Source: Rebecca billardiae RCC1528
Lineage: Eukaryota > Protista > Haptophyta
Assembly (NCBI GenBank): GCA_965240325.2
Contig: OZ251241.1
Span: 1 to 64,000, forward strand
Direction: 5' to 3'
DNA: 64,000 nt
In this document: in pieces, positions 21,949 to 31,315 of the stretch
Layout of the letters: the number at the start of each line of letters is the position of its first letter
How positions within the stretch are numbered: position 1 is the stretch's first letter
Notes under the pieces: model-generated
Databases searched by the model: none
Told to the model about the DNA's origin: nothing
The model's input: only the letters and a program-made list of their open reading frames with translations
Program-made: the position numbers and the translations under genes

Positions 21949-23109
21949 ATGGCGCCCGGCCGCCGCGCAGCGCCTCGTGCGCGCTTGCCTTTGGCGTGCG
22001 CGCTCGCGGTGGGCGCGGTGGCGTCCACGGCGCAGTCGCCGGCGACGCGCGTGTGCCCCCACCACGCGGCGGCATGCGCCGCCGCCGCCGCCCTTCCACC
22101 CTCCGCAGCCCCGTTGTGCGCGTGGAACGCCACGCTCGGCGGCGTGCCACACGCGACGCTCGCGCTGCTGCGGCTGCTCTTCGGCGCGCCCGACGGCTTC
22201 GGCTCCTGCGCGGTGGTGGGCTCGGCGGGCACGCTCCTCGGCGCCGGGCACGGCCCCGAGATCGACGCGCACGCGCTCGTCGTGCGCTTCAACGGCGCGC
22301 CGACGCGTGGGTTTGAGCGTGACGTGGGCGCGCGCACGGCCGCCTCCGTGCGGAACGCGCAGTCGCTGCAGCGCTGGTGCGGCGCGCGCGGCGGCGCGCG
22401 CTGCCCCGCCGAGCGCGTCTTCGTGCGCGCGCTCGGGCCCGCCGCCTCGGCCGGCGCGCAGTGGGCCCGCGAGCTCGGCGCGCGCTGCCACCGCGCGGGC
22501 GCCGAGGTGCTCGTGGTGCCGCCCTGGCTCGCCAAGCACGCGGCGCGCACGCTCGGCGCACCGCGACGCGGCGGGAGCGGGCCGGCGGCGGCGGCGCTCG
22601 CGACCTCGGGCGCGCTCGGCATCGTGCTCGCCGCCGCACTCTGCCCGCGCGGCCTCTCGGCCTACGGCTTCTCCACCACGCGCGGCGCGCGGCGCGGCGA
22701 CGCGCCCGACTCCTTGGGCGTGGTGGACGCGCGCCGCCGCTTCCACTACTACGAGAACTTCTCGCGGCCCGCGCCCGCCGACAACGTGCCGGGCGCGGCG
22801 GCGCGGCTGGTCGAGCACGCGGCGCGCGAGCAGCCTGGGTGCCTGCGCGTCGTCGGCGCGCGCGACGCGGCCGGCGGCGCGCCCGTCAAGCCGCCGCCGC
22901 CACGCGCGGCGTCGGCCGACGCCGAGGCGGGCCCGCCGGCGGCGTGCGACGCGTCGGCGGTGCTGCGCGCGGCGCGTGCTCGCGCGCGCGGCGGGCCAGG
23001 CGCGGCGCCCGCGCCGACGTGGGACCAACTCGCGTTTGTGCGCGCGCGCCACGGCGCCGCGCTCGCCGCAGGCGCGCTCGTCGAGCGCAGCCGCTGGCTC
23101 GACTGGTAA
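21949..23109 (+). CDS. Glycosyltransferase family 29 (sialyltransferase-like)
   Basis: Sialylmotif L CAVVGSAG.L.GAGHGPEIDAHALVVRFNGAP..GFERDVG.RT; motif S TSGALG...LC....YGF; motif III HYYE. Confidence 0.9.
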   Translation: MAPGRRAAPRARLPLACALAVGAVASTAQSPATRVCPHHAAACAAAAALPPSAAPLCAWNATLGGVPHATLALLRLLFGAPDGFGSCAVVGSAGTLLGAGHGPEIDAHALVVRFNGAPTRGFERDVGARTAASVRNAQSLQRWCGARGGARCPAERVFVRALGPAASAGAQWARELGARCHRAGAEVLVVPPWLAKHAARTLGAPRRGGSGPAAAALATSGALGIVLAAALCPRGLSAYGFSTTRGARRGDAPDSLGVVDARRRFHYYENFSRPAPADNVPGAAARLVEHAAREQPGCLRVVGARDAAGGAPVKPPPPRAASADAEAGPPAACDASAVLRAARARARGGPGAAPAPTWDQLAFVRARHGAALAAGALVERSRWLDW

Positions 23110-25331
23110 CGCTGAATAGATAGCAGAGTGGCTTGTAGTCAGTCACTGTCCTGGGAGTGCCAAGTTGCTGAGGCGAATGCAGCAGCCATTGACTCCGCCT
23201 GGTCGGGCAATTTAATTCGGGAGACTGCCTCATGCTGCTGGCTCCGTAACTCAGTGCCCGCCTCAGTCGTCGGATATTATTTGCAGTGCTGCGCATGCCA
23301 TCAACACATCGTCGGTGATCGGCGCTGCGGCCGCGCCGCCGCCACCGGCGCCGAATCGTGTTACGACGTTCGGTGCGACTCAGCAAATACTCATTCAATC
23401 GGAACGGCCGCGAGCGGAGTAGTCAGTTTATGGCCGCCACTCGCGGCCAGTTGACGACGCCTCACAAGTCGTTGGTGGCGGCGCGAACGTTCGGATCGGC
23501 GCGGCCGGTCGCGGGCATCGGCGCTTTCGCCGCGTGCATCATCGCGGCCGCCGCGCAGATGGCGGTGTGCACGGACTGGCACCGGTGCAGCTGTCGCCGC
23601 GTCAGCTCGTCCGCCGCCCGGGCCAGCTGGTCGACGAGCGAGTTGATGAGCGCGCCACTTGCGGCGGCCGAGGCATCCGTCGGGGGCGCCATACTCAGCA
23701 CCACGATCTGCGCCGATAGCGCGACGAAGCGCTCGCGAAGGTCGGCGTCGATGTGTGCGAAGGAGGACGGTTCGGGCCGCGTGGGGACGGCCGGGCTGCG
23801 AGCGCTGTGCGTGTCACTGGTCACGGACACGGCCGTGGTTGTCCCTGAGGCGGGCCCCGATGTCCGGTTGTGGCCGGGGCCGACGGGCGCGAGTTGTTCG
23901 ACGGCAGCGACGACGGCCGCGGACGGTTGCTGCGCCCTCGCCGAGGCGGTGTGCCGCGTTCGGCTGGTCTTGCAGATGCCTGTCGGGAGGCTGGACGACT
24001 GGCCGACTGCGAGGCGGAGAGCGAGTGTGGGGGAGCTTGGTCAGCGATGCGGGCGTGTGCGCGGGCAACGCGTGCGCAGGCACCATCCGCGCAGTCGCGC
24101 GCTGCGTAGCGCACCTCGGCACTCGACGAGGAGCGTGCAGGCGAGGATGTGAAGCGCGTCATGTTGCTAGCGTGAGCGGTGTTGAGTGTTGACGTTGTGT
24201 GCTCTGTGAGTGCGGAACGGTATGACAGGTTAGGTTCCTGCGCAACCCCAACCTGTTTGTGCTGCTTGCAAGACGTTTATTCGCGTTCGATCACCTCACG
24301 AACGTCTGGAGGAATCGCGGGTACGTCGTGTACTTGCGGGTGGAGCTGCCTCCGATACCTGTATGTATGATCGGTTCCTCAAAGAACGATAGTGGTTTTC
24401 GAGACATACTCAACTCTATGTCGAATCGGTGCGGGGTTGAATCGGGGTGAATTAGTCAACATGGACTGCGAGATTGTGTGCTGAAGATGACATCTCCTCC
24501 TAGATGTCCAAACGAGGCGATTCTTTCGACAACCGAGCAGGTTTGGTTTGGTTTCCGGGTCGTACTTCTGCTGTACCAAAAAGCGATTCGGTACGGGTCG
24601 GGTCGTACCCGCCAACCAAGATCCGGGCACCTGCCAAGAAACTTCGACTACAGCATCTCCTACCGCTCCCGCCGCTGTTGACGACTCCGAAGAACCCACT
24701 ATGACTACCGTGCTTGTACGAGTATCCGAGGACGGAAAGTTCTGAGCGACTCGCAAGGCGGGCAAGGCACTGCCACCAATAACATCTCATGGCGCGACCT
24801 TGGCGGTGCGGTGCGTGCTGTCAGCTAGGAGTGGGCGTGGCCGCATACACAATCCAGTGTGGCGCGGTAGGATCCGTGCCATTCGCGCGCCCTGGCAGTT
24901 CAGAATTCACGGCACGGTTACTCGAGACTGTCTCGGGAGTCGGGACACGGGCTCGGCGGCTCAGTCGACAGTACTCGTCGTAATGACACTAATGTCGTGG
25001 CAGTCACCGTGCGAGTGGCGGACGCGCGGCGCCGGTGCGCAGCTCGAGTGCGAGCCGTCTCGCGCGCGACGCGCGTCGCGTGCTGGTCATCCACGCAGGA
25101 CAGATTCTCGTCAACCGGTCAAGGGCAAGGCAGCGTCGCTGAAGTCGAAGGCAGTGTCGACGCGGCCCGCTTGGCCGGGCACCTCGTCTTCGATCCGGGT
25201 CAGTGCTTTTCCCGGACGCCGCTCGGGGGTTGGCTTGGCGGGCCTCGCGAGGATTCGCGGCTTCAGCAGCGCCGCCCTTGTGTCCAACACACACGCGCGT
25301 GCGAGATCTCTCCGAGGCTGCGCGCGCAGCG

Positions 25332-26519
25332 ATGGGGTCGACATGGGCGCGTCTCGCGTGTCTCGGGCTCGCGCTTGTGGCGCTCGCCGCCAGCGCGCAT
25401 GGCGGCGCCGTGCTGCGCGCCCGGGGCGGCGCGGCCGCAGCCGGCTCCACGCGACGAATCAGCGAGCTGCCCAGAGGGCCGCGCGCATCAGCGTGGGGCT
25501 GCGGTGACGAGTGCGCGAGCGCGCACGCAGCGGCGGGCACGGCGAGCAGGAGAGCCCCGCGCCTCGCCGCGCTGGCGGGCGCGCGCCGCGGGCGCGTGGC
25601 GCCCGAGCGGCAACGCGTGGGGCGGTGCGTGATGATGGCCGAGTCTGCCACGAGCGCGGCCGTGCAGCGCGTGCACGGCCGCGAGGAGTACGACGCCGCG
25701 CTCGAGAGCAACCAGGACGGGCTCGTGATCGTCAAGTACTACGCGTCCTGGTGCCGCGCGTGCAAGGCCCTCGGGCCAAAGGCGCGCGCGCGAGACCGCG
25801 CGCGCCGCCGGCGCGCTCGCGGCGGCGCGCGGCCGCTCACGCGCCGCGCCCGCGCCCGGCGGTGTGCTGGGTGCGCGCGCAGGTGGAGAAGATCGCGCGC
25901 AACCACCCGGGGAGTAAGTGGTACGAGGTGGAGTTCGAGGCGAACAAGGCGATGTGCAAGGAGCTCGGCATCAAGGTGCTGCCGTGGATCCAGTTTGTGC
26001 TGGACGGCGAGGTCGTCGAGTCCTTCTCGTGCGGGTGTGTGCGTGTGTGCGTGCGTGAGAGAGAGAGGCCGCGCAGCCACACCGCGCTCCGCGTGCGGGC
26101 TGCGGGCTCCCTCTGCTGCTGCTGCGCGCGCGTGCACGCGCAGCGCCGCCGCGCAGCCCCCGGTTGGTGTGCACCGCGCTGACGTGCGCGTGCGTGCGCG
26201 CCCTCCCCGCTGCGTGCTCCCCCGGAGCGCAGCCCGTCCAAGGTGAGCAAGATCGTCGAGAAGCTCAAGCGCTACGCGGAGGTGAGGAGGCGCATGCGCG
26301 CGCCATCGCGCTCACGCGCCAACGCGCCGCGCATGCGCCACCCCCCGCCCAGCGCGCGCCGTGCTCAGCGCGCGCCGTGCGCCTCTGTGCGCCTCTCTCC
26401 GCCTCTCTCCGCAGGGCGAGTGCACGCTGCCCGAGGACGGCGACGCGTCGATGGACCCGCTCGACCTCGCCAAGGGCGCCAAGAAGCCCCCGCCCGCCGA
26501 GGGCAGCGTGGTCGGCTAG
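25332..26519 (+). CDS. Thioredoxin (WCRAC) with signal/transit leader; introns 25782-25882 (GC-AG), 26035-26232, 26282-26414
   Basis: VIVKYYASWCRACKALGPK|VEKIA...LGIKVLPWIQF...SFSCG|PSK. The splice junctions reconstruct a continuous Trx fold. Confidence 0.88.
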
Positions 26520-26871
26520 GCGGCACGCCGTGTCGCGCGGCGCGGCGCTCGCGGCCCGATGGCGCTCGCCGGGGCGCGCCATCGGCCGCGCGCGCTGGCT
26601 GCGCACTGTCCGTCGCACGCAGGGCGCTCGCGCGTGCGCGCGGCGCCGCTGCTGACGCTGCAGCCAGGGCTCGCCCGCCGATCGGGCACACCCTCCGCCT
26701 TCAGCCCGAACCTAGTCACCCAGATCCGCCTGGGTGCCAGCGCCCGCCGACTCGGACCAAGCGCGTCGGACGAGGCCGAGGCGAGGGCACCTCCACACGG
26801 CGGCGCGTTGCTGGCACCGCTGCTGCTCACTAGACGAATCAAGCAGCTCCACTAATAGTATGCGCGTAGCA

Positions 26872-26922
26872 CAGTAACTTACTAAGAATAAGAGACGCAC
26901 ACAGCTCAAGGCCGGGGGAGAT
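26872..26922 (+). repeat. Degenerate third copy of the 47-bp element
   Basis: TTACTAAGAATAAGAGACGCACACAGCTCA (26879-26908) is an identical core with diverged flanks. Confidence 0.9.
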
Positions 26923-27025
26923 AGTGACTGAGACCTGCGCCACGGCTGTCACACTCGAGGCGGGCCGAAGAGAGAGGAGTCGACACTTAGATATATTGAT
27001 AGAAGTACGTAGTGAATTACTAGTA

Positions 27026-28014
27026 GTATCTCTTTGTTGGCCGAAGATACGCTAGCGTCCTTCCGACCACAAAATCGCGAAAAACGCCGCAATCGCTTGG
27101 TTTTCAGACCTCGGCCCCAGCGGCAAATGCGTTCAGCGACCTCGAAAACCTTGGGACCCGCTCGGGTTTGGGCGTCAGGTGCCGCAGGCGACCGTCCGAC
27201 CGCCGGAAACCGTCCAAAAGTCGAAGGACGCTAGCGTATCTTCCTTTTGAGGGTGCCGGTAGTACGCTAGCGCCGGCTATGTTCGAGACCTCAGAGGCTA
27301 AGACTTCAGCCAGAGGTGCCCCAGGAGGTGCCCAACATGATTGACTTAATGGGCAGCAAGCGCCGCGCACGTCAGAGAGCTCCACGACTGACGTTTTGAG
27401 CGACACGCTCAGCGACGCGCTCGGCAGCTCGTCGTCGGACGACCAACAGCATTGAGGGGTCACGGCGACAGCACACAGGGCGGGCTAGTCGGCGGGACGT
27501 ACGGCATTCGCGACTCCATCAACTGTTGACGAGCGCGCGGTGGCAGCGGCGCGCTGGTCGCACCTGCAACGCCCTGCTCAGGCACCGCGGCCACCGCGCT
27601 GCTGGCCACGCCCCCGGCTCGTGCCGCAGCGGCCGCGCGTAGCTTGCACTGGCGCAACTGGCGTGGCGTGCGGCAGCGCGGTGGCACTCGGGGCGATGGC
27701 GTTGACGATGATAAGTTGCTCCATCGCCACAGCCCGCTCGAAGCCCTGCGCCGCGCCGCTTTCCTCCGCCTCACGCCGCGCAGCGCCGCAGTCGTCCAAA
27801 TCACGACCGTCGTCGAGCGCGGTCGCCTCTGGAGGGCCGTCATCGGCATCAGAAGAGAATGTCTCGTCATGTGAGTTGTCGTTGAGGTCCCAGGCATCAA
27901 TCGCGCCCGCGGCCGCCCTCGCGCGCGCCTCCTACGCGCCGTCAGAGCTCACGCGCGCCGGGGCGCCATCGAAGATACGCTAGCGTATCTTCCCCGCGGC
28001 CAACAAAGAGATAC
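27026..28014. mobile_element. Putative non-autonomous TIR element (~990 bp) with nested inverted repeats
   Basis: Left GTATCTCTTTGTTGGCC-GAAGATACGCTAGCGT and right ACGCTAGCGTATCTTC-cccgc-GGCCAACAAAGAGATAC. Extra inverted copy at ~27220-27243. No transposase or clear TSD. Confidence 0.6.
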
Positions 28015-28039
28015 GAATATGCTGACGAGGAATGGCAGC

Positions 28040-29823
28040 ATGGCGGCCGACCCGGCCGGCCGGCGGTGCGAGTGGGGGGGGCTCACGCTCGGGCTTGGGC
28101 TCGCGCTCGGGCTTGGGCTCGCGCTCGCGGGGTGGAGCACTGTGGAGGCCGTGAGCACACCCCTCCTGCCGCGCGCCGCGCCAGCGCCATCGACGTGCAC
28201 CGAGGACGACGGCGACGACGGCGACGGCGGCGGCGCGGGCGCGCGGCTGTGCCTCGTCACCTCGCTCACGCCCGAGTACATGGAGGGGCACGAGGTGTTC
28301 GTGCGCTCGCTGCTGACGCACTCGCCCGAGTTTGACGGGCCCGCGTCGCCCTGGCGCCTCGTCCTGCTCGACGACGGGCTGAGCGCCGCCGAGCGCGCGC
28401 GCGCGTGCGCGCTGCTGCCGGCGCGCACGCGCATACGCCCGCTCGCGCGCGCCGACGCGCTCCCGGCCGGCGCGCTGGCCGACCACGGCTCCAAGTGGGC
28501 GTCGAACCTGCGCAAGCTATTCGCGCTCTTCGAGCTGCGCGCGCAGTGCGCCGCCGTGCTCAAGGTCGACAGCGGCGACATGCTCGTGCTCAGGCCGCTC
28601 CGGCCGCTGCTCGCGCGCGCGGCCAACGGCACGGCGCACACGGCCGCGCGCGTGCACGCGGCGCGCGCGCTCGTCTACGACGGGAACCTGAACGGCGGGC
28701 TCGTGCTCTTCGAGCGCGGCGCGCTGGGCGAGCAGGCGCGCGCCGAGCTCGAGGCGCTCGCGCGCGGCATGCGCACCTACCGCGAGCAGTGGCTCATCCG
28801 AGAGTGGCTCAGCGCGCGCCGCCGGTGCGGAGCGGCGCACGCCCGCGCCGCGCGCGCGCGGAGCGAGCGCGCGAGCGCACGCCGCGGCGGACCCGGCCGA
28901 TTGCGCCCCGCGCGTGCGCGCGCCGCCCCGCGCCCTCGCGCCCCGCAGCGGCTCCCCCGCCTCGCGCCTCTCGCTGCTGCCCAAGCGGTACAACGTCGAG
29001 TGGTCGTACTGGCAGCGCAGGCACGCGGGCGCGGCGGGCGCGCCCACGCTCGGTGAGGTGCGCGCTGTGACAATGGCTGCGACAATGGCTGCGAGCGCCA
29101 GGAGCGCCAGGCCGCGGCGCACACCCGGGGGCGGTGGCCGGGGCGGGCTCGCGTGGGGGGCGGCGTTGGGCGCGGCGGTGGGTGGTACTCGGGGCGCCGC
29201 TCGGCCGGCGGGCGACGCGGCACGCCGCTCACCGCCACTGCCGCCGCCCGCCCTCCGCACGCCCTCCGCACGCCCCGCGCCGCGCCTGCGGCGGTGGCCC
29301 GCACGCCGCGCTGCGCCGCATGTGCATGTGTGCGCACGTGTGCGAGTGCAGACTGTGCTGCTGCACTACGTCGGCCCGGAGAAGCCGTGGATGGAGCGGC
29401 GGAAGGGGCGGGGCCGCCCCGCCGAGCTCGACGCGCTGTGGTGGCACACGTACGCGCGCGGCCGCCTCGTCCTCGTCGCGCACGCGCCGCCGCCCGCCAA
29501 CGGCTCCGCGCCCGACGCGCAGCGCGCGCCGAGCGCCGGCCGCGCTGGCTGGGCGCTCGACCAGTTCGAGCACATCGGCAGGCTCGGGGCGGCCGCGCCC
29601 GCGCACAAGTGCGCGGCGCGCGGCGCGGTGGGCCTGCTCTCGTCCACGGCGACGCCGCCGCGCGGCGACGGCCTCGCGCTCGCGGACGGCGCGGCGGTGG
29701 GCAGCCTCACACTCGCGCCCGCGTGGAGGGGCGCGGAGGCCGCCCCCGCTGCCGGCGCCGACGCCGCGCGCGCGGACTCGATCGCGTTCGGGCGCCGCGC
29801 CGCGACCTGCGATGTCGGCGCGT

Positions 29824-29854
<31 letters not shown>

Positions 29855-30218
29855 GCGCGGCGGCCGGGCGGCGGGCGGCGGCGCGCGACTGGACAGCGCC
29901 GCGCTCGCGCGCTGCCTCGACGCGACGCGCCCCATCGGCGTGCTCAGCCTCGGGCTGAGCGCGGCCGAGCGCGCCGCCGCGGAGCGCGTGTGGCGCGCGC
30001 ACGCGGCCACGCGGCACGGCGGCGGCCGCGTCGAGGCGGGCGGCGTGGTGAGCGGCGTGCTCGACCTGCGCGTGCGCGACCTGCTCGAGCGCATGCGCGC
30101 GCACCGCGGCGGCGAGCCGCCACCGCGCCCGCCCCCGAATAAGCGCGGATCGCTGGCGGCGCCAGGCGCCGCGCGGAGCAGGCCGGCGGTGACGAGCAGC
30201 GGCGCCGCCGGACGATGA
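28040..30218 (+). CDS. Glycosyltransferase family 8; introns 28825-28948, 29058-29351
   Basis: KLFALF..VLKVDSGDMLV, NLNGGLVLF, EQ, LLPKRYNV, LLHYVGPEKPW; N-terminal TM. Alternative ATG at 28019. Confidence 0.82.
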
Positions 30219-30304
30219 CGATCGGCGCGTAGTCATCGCCATGCATCATCGCGATGCGCGATATGCCGATATGTGCGCGCTGCTGCGGCAGCAGCGCCTC
30301 ATTT

Positions 30305-30307
<3 letters not shown>

Positions 30308-30342
<35 letters not shown>
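30308..30342. repeat. (GA)n microsatellite
   Basis: Direct. Confidence 0.95.
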
Positions 30343-30345
<3 letters not shown>

Positions 30346-30492
30346 GCCGGACGCGCGCCGCCGCGCCAGCGCAGCTGCTGATGATGCCCGGTGATGACTC
30401 GGATGTGGCGGTCAGCACTGCTGCTGACCCGGGGCATGCCGTCGCCGGCGCTCTAATCGTCATATCATATCAGCAGCGCATGCTAATCGTCA

Positions 30493-30495
<3 letters not shown>

Positions 30496-30568
<73 letters not shown>

Positions 30569-30594
30569 TTATATTATATATATATAATATATAT
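30496..30594. repeat. (TA)n microsatellite
   Basis: Direct. Confidence 0.95.
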
Positions 30595-30806
30595 CGCGTC
30601 ATCATCGTCAGGCCACTATATATATGCACGGGCAGCCGGCCAGCATCTCTACTTACAGCCTGATGGCGGCTCCGGCTTCGCGATCTTCGTCGTCGCGGTT
30701 GTCGATCCGCCACCTCTGATCCCCCACTCGGTCCCGGGTCACTGCGGCGCCAGCGGTTCCGCCGATATATATACACTTCTGCTGAGTCGGACGACATCAC
30801 TGCGCA

Positions 30807-30996
<190 letters not shown>

Positions 30997-31315
30997 CGCG
31001 GCGCGGGCGTCCGGGGCGGACGATCATCCGCATCTAATTCTATCTGCTTCAGCCTCGTCGTCTGATGATTATTATTATTAATATCTGCGCTATACCAGGG
31101 GAGAGAGGGCGACGATCTATCATCGTCGCGTCGCAAAATAGGACGCGCCATCGGCGCCGCGCCGCGCGGACGACGACGCGACGATGTACGTACATCATCG
31201 CGCTCGCGTCATCGCGACCGTCGTCGCCGGGCGCGCCGGCGCGCGCGCGCAAGCGCGCATGTGGCTGAGTTGCTGCGCCGATCGGGGCCGCTGCGCGCGG
31301 CGCGGCAGCGGCATC

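Noticed and set aside
24162-24784. Solo LTR (TGTTG...TAACA)
   Set aside because: No matching TSD, recognisable PBS or second copy in the window.
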